Assembly: GCA_030390025.1 (NCBI GenBank)
Contig: CM059432.1
Span: 150,848,001-150,912,000 of the forward strand
Length of the DNA: 64,000 nt
Direction: 5' to 3'
DNA from: Squalus acanthias
Taxonomy: Eukaryota
Shown here: positions 37,186 through 49,415 of the stretch, piece after piece
Position numbering within the stretch: the stretch's first letter is position 1
Layout: each line of letters starts with the position of its first letter
Position numbers and translations under genes: made by a program
Notes under the pieces: generated by a model
What the model saw: the letters and a program-made list of their open reading frames with translations, nothing else
Told to the model about the DNA's origin: nothing
Databases searched by the model: none

Positions 37186-39044
37186 TCTTAATTGGTTTCT
37201 TCAAAAAATAATGCAAGAATTGTAATGACTGTAGTGTCAGAAAAGCTGAGTTTACAGAGCAAGACAAAAATAGACAAAGAGACAGCACAAAGACAGATCA
37301 ATAAACACTCTGGAGATGATTGAAACGCGATCTTAGTGGACTTGATTGCAATTCAATACCAGCAATTTCCTGATAACTAAAAGACCTTAAAAATGAAGTT
37401 AGTCTGAATATTTCATCAACATTATAAAATCTGCCTGCTTCAAATTTAAACAACTAAAGCTGTTATGGCCACAATTTTGGAGTGTTTTAAATAAATATTT
37501 TTTTAAAATGTTTGTGCATAGAATATACAGCACGAAACAGGCCATTCGGCCCAACAGGTCCGTGCTGGTGTTTATGCTCCACACGAGCCTCCTCTCACCC
37601 TACATCATCGCACCCCATCAGCATGAGATATCCCCTAATGTTCCTATTCATAATTTCACTGGACTTGAAGATCATGATGTGGGGAGGAGAGAATTCTTAA
37701 CACAAAATATCTGAACCCAGGCTCTCTCTAAGTGGCAAGTTTAAAATGTAATACACATTACCAGGAAAAACTCAGAGATACTGGTTCAAATACAGATTTA
37801 CAGCATTTATGGATTGTATTCAACTGGATATTTTCCCTCTCCCAAGGAAGAGATCAGAAAAGTAACATTACAAATTTCATATTAAAAACATTATCTAATT
37901 GTGAAATAACACTGATTTGATCATGCATTGAACCATTAAAAATAAATGTGCAGTTTCTGTGCTCTGGTCAGGACCTAGTCCTAATTAAAGGACAGTGCCG
38001 TCTGCTTAAGGTTCACGATGTTTAAATTCCCTCAACTGAGTAATTGTATTAAGCAGAATCGTCCCCAAGCAAGAATGGAGGAGCAGTATCATTCTGTAGT
38101 TTGAATCAAATGAGAAGACTGTAAGTGTCCATTTACATCGCAGCTTCAGCTTTGCTTTGCATCAGTGCCAAGCTGTCAGTGTAAATCTGGAGTCAGGACC
38201 ATACCAGACTCTGGAGACCACCTGGAAGGGCTGGACTCACATCCCTTCTATTTCTCACAGTATGGGGTTTAAATCCAGTGGGGTGTCACATTTCTTTTGC
38301 AAAGTACTCAGGTTGGGGCATTTATAAAGTGCTCTGGGCACTTTTTACATGTACCTGACCTCAGTTTCAATGTTTAGAGAGCGGGGATTCTCACTCTCTG
38401 AATGTTTAAGCCGCTAACTGTTGGGAAAATGCCCATCCATGTGTGCATCCAGGCCTGTGCAGAGCTCCCCCCTTAACAGGACAGTTAGATTCCCAACCAG
38501 GCGAGAGCCAAGCAATGTAAATAGGCTTGGACCTGAACTGCAGCTATGTAGCTGCAATATAAATGCCCGCTGAGAAAGAGAGAGAGAGAGACAGAGAGGA
38601 GAAATCTGATGAGCCTGTGAAACGACAGAAGCACATAAATAAACTGGAAAGGGAGAAATACAAAAAGAGAATCAGTTGGTGAGAAGCAAGGAGAGACAGC
38701 TGAAGAGATTGTCACAAACGTCATCTGCTGGGGTTGAAATCTCCTGGTGTTAATGCTTGCACCAGATGCCATGAGGGATAGTGTCCAGACAGAGTTAAAA
38801 ACACAATTGTGTGAAATGTATTTTGCAGTCTGCTTCTCCTGATGTCTCTGTCACAAGTTTTACAATCAGGTAGGTTAGTACAAAATTTAATTCATTTTGT
38901 TTATAGCCAGATGCAAAAACTGCTAAAGTTTTAGTGTTGATTGATTCCCTGATTTGAAACTTGCAACTCCCTTCAATGGAATAAAAGATAGTCTCACTGG
39001 AACTGATTAGGTTTTCGTTTTGATTCCTGTAATCTTGGCAATGA

Positions 39045-39402
39045 GGGAGCTTTTGGTTTTAGTAGTAATATTTCCGCCTCTGATTCAGAAAGTGTAGGGT
39101 TTGAACCCCGCTCCAGACAGTCCCAGTGAGCGGAGACCAGAGCGACGGCTCGGAATTCTGGGTTAATAACCAGCGGGATACTCGTGTGCAGTGAGTGCGA
39201 GTGACCCTCCCTTCATTGTATGGGTTGTGGGAGCCCATAAAACTCACACGCCATATAGGACTAACCACCCTACTGGTTGGTGTTAAGATGGTTACGGCCA
39301 TGGAAGGAGGGTTCACGAAGCTTGTTAGTCTGCGAATCCTTCCACTATTTCACAGTATTCCCCAAGGGAAGAGCGTGAAGATATGAAAACAACAACAACA
39401 AC
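39045..39402 (+). mobile_element. Candidate tRNA-derived SINE with distinct body and (AAC)5 tail
   Basis: Degenerate A box, B box GGTTTGAACCC, simple-repeat 3' tail. Confidence 0.5.
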
Positions 39403-40337
39403 CTTTGTGACTCCCTAAACTAGTAATTCCCTTAAACATAGTGCACAATGCATGGCCTCTGCCTAAAACTGAGAGTGAGGATCCCTTTCCTGGAAGTTCA
39501 TACAACAAGTCCCCTGGCACAAATACCACAACACATCCCTCAGAGGTTCCCTGTGACACTCCTGAGGAGGGAGGGATGGGTTGTTGCTGGACAGACACCA
39601 ACAGCACACCACCACTAGCCTCCAGTTGTACAGGAAGAGCGACCCAACTGAAAAGCACTTGTAGCGAAGGTTGGATAGATCTTGTTGAGTTATGTCCAGC
39701 TATGTTGTTTCCCTTCCAAACCCGAGCACACCCAATTCTGTAGCTTGTTAAACTACTGTACAAACATGCAAAACTATGCTGTCAATGTGCCCTCCTATAA
39801 ATACTGCATTGAAAATATACTGTATGCTAATATGGTTACCATTGTATGTGAGATTGAGGAGTTTCTGGAACATGCGTTCCAAAGGGTAGTCACCCATGGA
39901 GTCCTGAAGGTAGTCGAGTGTGATAGGAGAGGGTGACTATAGGAGGACAACAATCGTGACTTGGTAGACTGATCTTGATCAGTACAGCAATGCTGTGGTG
40001 AAGGAGGTTACTCAAGGTCAGATGGCGAAGTTGCAAAGGAGAAGACAAAGGTCATTGTTGTTGGGTCATCATAATCAGAGACATGGATAACATGTTTTGC
40101 AGCTGTGACCATGAGTTCTGAATGGTCTATTGTCTCGCTGGTTCCAGGGTGAGGGATGTCACGCAGTGGCTGCAAAACCTTCTACAAGGGAGGGCCAGCA
40201 ACCAATTGCTGTGGCTCACTTGGGAATGAATGGGATAAGCAAGAGTGAAATGGATATCCTGCAATTATAGTTTCGGGAGGTAAGTGCTATATTAAAGAAA
40301 AGGACATCTTAACTAGTAGTAATCACTGTATTACTAG

Positions 40338-42650
40338 CATAGGAACAGGAGTAGGTCATTCAGCCCCTCTAGCCCATTCCGCCTTTCTATTAGGTCATGG
40401 CTGATCTGTACCTCGACTCCATTTACCCTCCTTAGATTCATATCCCTTGATACTCATACCTAATTAAAAAATCTATCGATCTCAGAATTGAACATTTTAA
40501 TTGACCCAGAATCCACAGCCTTTTTGGGGCGAGAATTCCAGATTTTCACAACACTTTGGGGGTTATTTTGGCCAAAGGGTGTAAACAGATGCTAAATGGG
40601 CGCTGTGCTAATAAGACATGCCTGTTTGAAAGTCCGGATTAGCACGCAATCTTTGGGCTAATTGATGATTATCATGATTTGTGCGTGCCTACAGGCACTA
40701 ACTGGAAACCTGCAGGTTTAGCACTCAAGCGCTGATTAGACAGAACTTTTGTGGAGCTGTATATGTGGGCTCCTCGCACCCACTTCCACTGAAGGTGTGG
40801 AGTGCTCTGGCTGGCACACTGCAGCACGTTGCAGGATGGCTCAGGGACCGAGGGAGAGGATGCACAGGTTCTCGGACGGGGCACTGCAGGTCATGGTGGA
40901 GGAGGTCCAGAGGAGGAGAGATGTCCTGTACTCGCAGGGGGCAAGGACGCCGCCTCGCCCTCCTGTCCCTCTCCCCTGCAGCAGCTGGTGCTGCTCTGCC
41001 TGGCCTCATGTCCTCCTCCCATTCCTCCTGCAGACCAAGGGGGACCGCTAGCGAAATACCCATGACCAAGCACTCCCTTTCTCCTGGTGACTCCAGTAAA
41101 GCGGAGTAGCACAGTACTTACTCTTTTTAGGTGAAGTCCTTATAGAATTTCCGGAATCAATGTTGCTCGAGTGTTGATGAAGTCTTGACAAAGTGTCACA
41201 GAAAGTCTCCTGATGTGTTTCAGAGGCCCTCTTCACAGCTCCAGCAGCAGTAACATGAAATGGTGAGCATCCCTTTAGGTGGTGAGCATCCCTTTAAGTA
41301 GCGCTTGAAATCGACATCAACGGCCTGTTTACTCGCAAACAGCGGGTCACTTTTAGGAGCTGGCGTTAGTTGAAGCACCAGCCACCAAAATGCTGTGCAG
41401 CCTCTTTAATGAGCACGAGCAAGCATTTTAAGTGGCAATCAGCTGTTTAACCAGCCTCCGGGTGCCCGTTCCAAGCGCTGGCTTCAACTCCTTTACCAAG
41501 ATGGCGTCTTGCACTAAATACGGGCTAAACCGATGTTTCAGTTTAAGACCCCATCTTGGCCACCTCTTTGCCTCTTTAGCGCGTGAAGTATTCAGTGAAA
41601 ATCATCCTCTTTGTGTGGAAAAGTGCTTCATGATTTCACTCCTGAACAGCCTAGCTCTCATTTTAAGATTGTGCCCCCTTGCTCTGGATTCTCCCACCAG
41701 AGGAAATAGCTTCTCTCTACTCTATCAAATCCTTTAATCATCTTAAACACCTCAATTAAATCACCTCTCAACCTTCTAAACTCAAGGTAATACAAACCAA
41801 GTTTATGCAACCTGTCCTCATAATTTAACTCGTTAAGCACTGGTATAATTCTGGTGAATCTGCACTATACCCCCTCCAAAGCCAATATATCTTTGCTGAT
41901 TTGCAGTGCCCAAAACTGACCGTAGTACTCCAGATAGGGTCTGACCCAGGCTCAGTACAACTGACGCATCACTTCCTTTTGTATTCTAGCCCACTTGAGG
42001 TAAAGTCCAATGGCCCAGTCGCCTTTTTGATTACTATTTGTACCAGTACACTAGCTTTTGGTGTACCTGGACACCCAAATCCTTCTGCTCCTCCACAGTC
42101 CCTAGTCTGTCACTATTTAGAAAATATTCCGATTTGTCTTTCTTGGATCCAAAGAGGATGACCTCACACTTCGCCACATTGAACTCCCTCGGCCACAGTT
42201 TTATCCAGTTAATCTGTCCACGTCCCTTTGTAAATTCCTGCTCCCATTTACACAACTTACTGTGTCTTCTAACTTAGTGGCATCTGCAAACTCGGATATA
42301 CAGCTCTCTATTCCTTCGTCTAAGTCATAGGTATATATGGTAAAAAGCTGAGGCCCCAGTACATATCCCTGAGGAACACTACTTGTCATATTAGAGTGCA
42401 TTCTTTTTCTCCCTACTCTCTGTCACCCACCTGCCAACCAACTAGTAACCCTCATCAGAAGGCTTGGTCCAATTCTGCGCACTTTTAACTTTTGCTCGTT
42501 ATCTCTTCTGCGGAATCTTATTAAAATGCCTTCTGGAAGTCCATATTAGACAGCCTCCGAAGACACTGCCCTGCCCATTATTTTAGTCACCTTGTAAGAA
42601 AATTCAATGAGGTTAGTCAGACATGAACCTAGCCGTCACAAATCCATGCA
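40338..42650 (-). mobile_element. 5'-truncated CR1 LINE, degraded
   Basis: VPQGYVLGPQLF, FADATK, KCEVILFG, RLRGDLIEVFK, CR1 tail at 40338. Confidence 0.85.
40558..41609. mobile_element. Internally deleted Harbinger derivative inside the CR1
   Basis: TSD TTT splits CR1 ACACTTT/TTTGTGTGG; imperfect TIRs; Myb/SANT start MAQGPRERMHRFSDGALQVMVEEVQRRRDVLY at 40837. Confidence 0.8.
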
Positions 42651-42841
42651 GAGGCGCAAGCTGGACAATATTGGCAGGGGAGGATGAGATGGCTAAGTGT
42701 TTGGCTAAAGATGGGGTGCAGGAGAGAAGGATTTAGATTTCTGGGGCAAGTTCTGGGACGGGGGAAGTTGTACAAATGGGATAGCATTCCACTGAGTCAT
42801 ACTAGCGCCAATATATTGGTAGGGATAGTAAGTAGAAATGA

Positions 42842-42937
42842 CGAAGGGTCATCGACCTGAAACGTTAACTCTGTTTCTCTCTCTCCACAAATGCTGCCTG
42901 ACCTGCTGAGTATTTCCAGCATTTTCTGTTTTTATTA
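42842..42937 (+). mobile_element. 96-bp solo Penelope terminal unit, truncated within the hammerhead core
   Basis: 13-bp TSD TAAGTAGAAATGA (42829-42841, 42938-42950). Confidence 0.88.
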
Positions 42938-43614
42938 TAAGTAGAAATGAGGGTAGATTTAAACTCATATGGTGGGAAAAGGAATATTTAAAGATCAGAA
43001 AACAAACAACATAGAATTACAATACTGAGTAAGCACGTTCAAAGTAGGGAATTTATAGCAGGTTGAGAATGAGTTGACTAAGGAAGGAGGATAGATCAGG
43101 AGGACTGGGAATACTGAAGAGGACTACATCAAGAAGTGGAGGTAGGTGTTAAAATAATGTGCACAAATGCAAAGAACGTTAAGAATATATTAGGTGACCT
43201 GGAGCTCTATGCTGGTGACAAGGATTATGATATTCTAGGTACGACAGAGCTGTGGAAAATAAGGGTGCAGCATAGTGGTACAGCTTCAAGGATGTAGCTA
43301 ATATGTAAGGATAGACAATTGTCCAGAGTAGTGTGCTCCTTTTATATGGAAAAAGATAAGGTAAATAACTAAACACAATTGTAGTATGGACCAGGCAGAG
43401 GTGTTATGGGTTGAAATGAGGGACAATAAGGGGCAAGAGATTAGTTATGTTACAGATCACCGAATCAGAGTGAATCTGAATTATGCAAATAAGGAGATAT
43501 GTTTGAGTATGAGTACAATTGCCCTGGGGCATTATAATCTACCAGGAATTAACCGTGAGGACTATAGTGAGAGCAGCAACAAAGAAATTCACTTCCTGGT
43601 TATGGTCAGGGACA

Positions 43615-43834
43615 ACAGAAAATGCTGGAAACATTCAGCAGGTCGGGCAGCGTCAGTGGAGAGAGAAACAGAGTTAATGTTTCAGGTCGATGACCCTTTG
43701 TCAGAACTCTGATGAAGGGTCATCGACCTGAAACGTTAACTCGGTTTCTCTCTGCACGGATGCTGCCTGACCTGCTGAGTGTTTTCAGCATTCTCTGTTG
43801 TTATTTCAGATTTCCAGCCTCCACAGTATTTCGC
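43615..43834. mobile_element. Inverted dimer of the hammerhead-bearing unit
   Basis: Arms of about 90 bp around centre TCAGA-AC-TCTGA (43701-43712); degenerate 14-bp TSD TATGGTCAGGGACA / TACGGTGAGGGACA. Confidence 0.85.
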
Positions 43835-44825
43835 TACGGTGAGGGACAGCTGTTTGACCCAGATAATTAAGGAGCATACTAAGGGAGAGACGACTTTGCA
43901 TCTCAAGTTTTGTGTGGTGAACCAGAGATAATTGAACAAGTTAAGGCTTGGGAACATCTTGGCAACAGTCACCAAAACATAATTGAGTTTGGCAGCGGAC
44001 TCACCATGGACAAGAATAGTACATTGCACACTGAATTTAGGAAGACGGGCTTTGGAGGAATATGGAAGCAGTTAATGGAGCTGGACTGGAATAGCTTGTT
44101 CACGGGACAAAGCTCAAATGAGAAGCGGTATATATACTTCTGAATGCACAATGCAAGAATTACAAAGTCAATTTATGCCACTGGGTGAGGAACATGAAGG
44201 GAAGAAGAGGAAACCCACGTAAACAACAAGTAAGTTAATACAAGGAATAATGGAAAATAAGACAGGATGGTTAGATAGGGCATGTAAAGGTTACCTCACT
44301 GAAAGCAGAGGAAGAAATCTGTCAGATCTGTCATGGTGGTTCTTTATTTAAAGGTTTGTACTGAGGCAAGACAAGCTGAATCAGTGCTCCAAAAGTATGT
44401 TCAGAATCTTTCTCTGGCAAATTTAGTAATACTATAGCAGCACAGAAGTCTTTTTTTCTCACTGTGTTTTTACTGTGACTTTCCTTCCTCTGTAGACCCT
44501 CTGTGAAATTCATCATTCCCCAGTACAAGTGCATCCCAGCTACTCTAAGGCCCCTCCTAAAGCCATTCTGTATCTAGTCAATATCAGAGAAATGCTTGAG
44601 CTGCCCAGGGTGATGAATCTTCTGATTATTTTTATGCTCCCTAGGGAGAAGAGCTTTGATTTTACTTGTGGCCTCCCCTTTATAAAGCAGGTACAAAGCG
44701 TGCACCTTACTGCTCTTTGCAATAACACTTCGATACAAAAGTGTATTTATGTCACATATGAGGATTTAATTGCTAGTTGCAGAGTAGATTCACCAGAATG
44801 ATACTTGGGTTTGAGTATAAAAGAT

Positions 44826-45203
44826 AGCGGGATGATCTAATCGAGGTGTTTTAAGTGATTGAAGATTTTGATCGGGTAGATAAAGTGAATCTATTTCCTC
44901 TGGTGGGGAAATCCAGAACAGGGGGGCATAATCTTAACATTAGAGCTAGGCCACTTAGGAGGGAAATCAGAAAGCACTTTTTCACACTAAAGGTAGAGGA
45001 AATCTGGAACTCTCTCCCCCAAAATGCTGTGGCTGCTGGGTCAATTGGAGCTTTCAAGACTAAGATTGATATATTTTTGTTAGGTAAGGGCATCAAAGGA
45101 TATGGAGCAAAGGTGGGTACATGGGGTTGATCAACCATGATCTAATTGAATGCTGGAGCAGGCTCCAGGGGCTGAATGGTCTACTCCTGTTCCTGTGTTC
45201 CTA
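44826..45203 (+). mobile_element. CR1 3'-end fragment
   Basis: DLIEVF..LFPLVG..HFFT..WNSLP and CR1 tail. Confidence 0.85.
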
Positions 45204-45664
45204 GCTTAGCCATGATGGGGAGAATGTTACAATTTAGCGCTCCCGGCACAGAGCTTTGCATAGCAGGTCACGAAACAGGCCCTCTGGTCTCTGTTCCCAA
45301 ATTCCCGATACACGCTCCCATAATGTGCATCGCTGCCCCGGGAGTGTGAAATGGCAAACTTTGCCGCCGCACTCTTTGCGCAATGAATGTGGTCTTCTGC
45401 TCGCCATGTGGTTTTAAATTTAAATTAGAAATAGATATTTTATATTTTGCTCACCTTTGGTGCATAAGATGATGAATGAGGTATCAACCATCAGACTACC
45501 AGGAGGTCGAGGGAAATCGCTGGTATATTGTGTCCTCTTCGACAAAATACTGACATTACAGCAACCAAGTGTCAGGATTCACTTTATTGCTGTCGGAGAA
45601 ACCCTAAACTACTATAATAAACATTTAATTGTAGTTTTAAGATAATGAGAATTTAAACTCTAAA

Positions 45665-46047
45665 GGGCGATTTTCACCGAATATTTTAAGCGCAAAAGAG
45701 GTAAAGAGGTGGCCAAGATGGGGTCTTAAGCTGAAACACCGGTTTAGCCCCGGTTTAATGCAAAACGCCATCTTGGTAAAGGAGTTGAAGCCTGCGCTAG
45801 GAACAGCCACCCGGAGGCTTGTTAAACAGCTGATTGCCACTTAGAATGCCTGCTAGCGCTCATTAAAGAGACTGCATAGCGTTTTGGTGGCTAGCGCTTC
45901 AATTAACACCATCTCCTAACAGTGACCCACTGTTTGGGAGTCAACACATTGTTGGTGTCGATTTCAAGCACTACTTAAAGGGATGATCACCACTTAAAGG
46001 GATACTCACCATTTCATGGTCATTGCTGCTGGAGCTGTGAAGAGGGC
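45665..46047 (-). mobile_element. Terminal fragment of the Harbinger family seen at 40558-41609
   Basis: Reverse complement of 41225-41609. Confidence 0.8.
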
Positions 46048-46244
46048 TGTGGATGCTGAGTCTTTGAGTATATTCAAGGCTGAGATAGATAGATTTTTGG
46101 ACTCTAGGGGAATCAAGGGATATGGAGATCGGGCGGGAAAGTGGAGTTGAGGTCGATGATCAGCCATGATCTTATTAAATGGTGGAGCAGGCTCGAGGGC
46201 TGTATGGCCGACTCCTGCTCTTATTTCTTATGTTCTTATGTTCT
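46040..46244 (+). mobile_element. CR1 3' tail
   Basis: GATCAGCCATGATCTTATT..GGAGCAGGCTCGAGGG..(TTCTTATG)n. Confidence 0.8.
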
Positions 46245-46646
46245 AACCCCGTATAATCACCCTGTTATTCCTTTGCCCCATTTCCTCTTATTTCCTCTTT
46301 TCCGTCAGTTCTATTTCTCCATTTTTCTAATTAATCAGCCTTCACTTTAAGGTTTTTCCCTTTAAAAAAAATCCTTAACTTTCCTCCTGACTCCCATCAT
46401 CCATTTTGGGTATGTTAGCCTATTGGTTGTGTGATTGTGAGTTCAGATCCCACCAGGAAACTATATTCAATAAATCTGGTGATTTGTGGGCGGGGACCAA
46501 AAAAGGACAATAAAAGCTGCTGGATTGTTGTAAAAACTCCACGAGGTCACCAATGTCCCTCAGGGAGGGGAACCTGCCGCCATTACCCGGTCTGGCCTAC
46601 ATGTGACTCCAGTCTCATGCTACCTAGTTGACTCTCAGAGAAACTA

Positions 46647-49415
46647 AGGCCGCAATTTAGCCGGCGCTCAGAGGGCGGGTTCAGAGGCGGGTCAGGTGTT
46701 AAAGTCGCAATGATTGACGGCGGGTCGGAAACCCACCACGAACTCGCCTCCGTGTGAGTTTCAGGATTGTCGGGTCTGTGCTTTCACAACAGACCTGACA
46801 CCAAGCAGCGGGTAAGGGATTTAAGGCACTTAACTCCTTGTTAAGTGCTTGTTAACTGCTATTTTGAGAGCCTTTTGCAATTTTCCAACTTTTTATTCAG
46901 GTTTCACGACACTCGGATATCACGCCAGGTATGTGTGTCGGGAAGACCAACGAGCTGGAAACTTCACAGCTGCAACTGCAGTCTAAAAGCTGCACTCTCA
47001 AATCTGCTCAATTTCAAATGTCAGATGTTGCTGATTTCACGATTTGGGAGACTGTCTTGAGGCTGTAAGTGTCTGTTGTGAACTCTACATCCACTGTCAC
47101 CTGCATTGCTGGACAGAAAAGGCGCCCTCACCCCTTCACTGTGCCACCTCAAATTGTGAGCACACAAATGGCAACGATGTCAAACGTTCATACAAGATTA
47201 ATTTATTCCAACATAATAAAAGAACGGAAACTTAACATTGAATTCTATCAGAACACCCAAGTGAGTACCCTTGTGATCATTTATGTGTCAGCTTTCTCTT
47301 ACGCGTGCTTCTACGTTGTGCTACCCCTGTGGCTTCAGCAGATGTAGAGACAGCCTGCTCACTTCCCTGCTGCGCCTGCTTAGGCGCCTTTGGCGGTCGT
47401 CCTCTGGGCTTTGGAGCCTTTGAAGGCCCCACCAAAGGCTGCTCCTCCTGCGGCTACACAGGGGTAGACTCGGCCATCACTGCTCTGGCAGTCATCTGGG
47501 GCTCTGACTGAGGGGTTGGCAAGGGGATGGATGTTGGAGCGCTTGGAGAGGAGCCCCCAATTTCATGTCACCTCCCACCATCATCCCTCTCATGGGCCAC
47601 CCGCAATTCTCTGCTAGCAAGTAGCTGGAGAGCACCTTGCTGCACATCAGTGGGGCCATGAGGACCCATCTCTGTACTCTGTCCTCATAACGGTCCATGT
47701 ACCTCTGGTTCCTCTCCATGATAGATGTCCATCTATCCTCCTTAGCTGACCATCTATTTAGAAGAATCACCTTGTTCATTTGAGTCTGGCGATTTATGTC
47801 CCCCATGGAGGTTGCCATTCTTTCCATGGCGGGACCTACATTGCCATTGCGTGCACCACGGCATTGCTCATGTTTGAGATGGACATTTCTGCACACTTGC
47901 AGTCACCGTGGTTGCAAACCCAGTCAGAGCCTCCTGCACTTGTTCCTGAAGCTCCAGGACCGCTCTCTTTCTGGATTGTCCCCGAGGCTCAGCGTCTACA
48001 TACAGCTGAGCAGAGCTAGGAGCATCCTGCGGCCTCTGACGAGGACTCTCCACTGCTGTCCCTGTCTCCACCATCTGCTCTTGCTCACTCGTGCGTTGTG
48101 ATACACCAGGTGACAACACTACTCTATCTCGCGAATGACCCACCGAGGTGCGCGTATCTGCGCTGGTGCTGGGTGCGCTGAGTGCTGCTGATGCTGCTCC
48201 CTCAGAGGATGCAGCACCCTCTGAGGAGTCCTCCTGCTCTTCCTCCTGGACAGTAGGGAGGGGGGCTCTTGATGGTCCTGTGGGAGAGTAAAGACATGAG
48301 TTAGACATGTGATATGTAGAGTGCAGACACATCCCATTGTGCACATGATGAGCATTCAATTTCAAATGACATCAGAAGCCATATGTGTCACTCATGAAAG
48401 CCAAATAAGAGGATGGAGAAGCATTCTGTCACCAGATTGTTCAACTGAACCCATCTCTTCCACTTCGAGCTGTTCCACCGATCCCAATGTCCAGAGCAGG
48501 CCTCCTCAGCATTGGTCAGCTGTGATAAGGATGGTGGCCCTCCTCCTGTTCTCTCCCTCTCCCTGTTATTGTGGCCTCTCTTTTCCTGCAATAAGGGAGC
48601 AAAGTGGAATTTCAGTGAGAGTGATGGAATGAGTGTAAAGAATGGATACGATAGATGTTTAGAGGGAGACTGTGAAGGAGTGGGTTCCCATTACAAAGTT
48701 CCCTCCTTTTGAGTTGTTAGTTGTTGTTAGTGCATAACCTTGAGGGTGGGTGTGAGGGGTGCATAGTAAGATGGGGAAGTGATTCTGTGCATAGGGAGAG
48801 AGGGATGGGGGATGGTGCAAGGGATGTTGGGGTGAGTTAGGATGTGCAGGAGTAGGGTTGGCAATGCAGAGTGATGGGGATGTGATGACAGGCACAGCAG
48901 AATTAAGGTAAGTGTGCTTTTATACTTACTTTTCCAGAGCGCAGGAGATCATTGAACCTTTTCCTGCATTGGACCCAGGTGCGTCTATACACAGACCTGG
49001 CACTGACCTCCTCAGCTATTCGCAGCCAGGCTGCCTTTGTCTGCTGAGGAGGTTTCCTCTTCCATCACCTGGGTACAGGACCTCCCGCGTCCTCTGACTC
49101 CCTCACAAGAACATGGAGCGAGTGTTTGTTGAAGTGGCGAGCTGCCTTTTGTATCTTGCAGACATCGTGGAGAGCAGCAGCAGTCAGGAGCACCAGAAAC
49201 AACCTGAGATCTGATGGTGAAATAGCCCCCTTAAATACACCGGCTGCAAACACATCAGCACATCAGCTGACCAGACCCGCACGGCGGGCTTAACGAGCCC
49301 AATTAATGAAAAATTGTGTCAGCAGGCTGGCTGGAGCCGGCTGCGGGACCGGAACCGGAACCCGCCGACTACCCTTCCCGACGCCAACCCGCCTCCAAGA
49401 AGAAAATCGCGGCCC
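46647..49415. mobile_element. Harbinger element with transposase deleted and Myb/SANT pseudogene on the minus strand
   Basis: TIRs GGCCGCAATTT / AAATCGCGGCC; 46830-47100 resembles the region upstream of the transposase at 3240-3517 (inverted); AARHFNKHSLHVLVRE exon near 49150; exon 2 EKRGHNNRERERTGGGPP. Confidence 0.75.

Larger units (their letters stand above)
39800..44300 (+). mobile_element. Old CR1 LINE (ORF1 SGNH-esterase region + ORF2 endonuclease region), multiply interrupted
   Basis: VIVVG-SIIR..MVYCLAGSRVRDV..VAHLG (40050-40240), resumes GFRFL..LYKWD (42730-42790); EN remnants CTNAK, LGHYNLP, EHLGNSHQN. Confidence 0.65.

Noticed and set aside
38606..38625. CTGATGAGCCTGTGAAAC as a hammerhead
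   Set aside because: No stem II can form between the boxes and no supporting stems I or III
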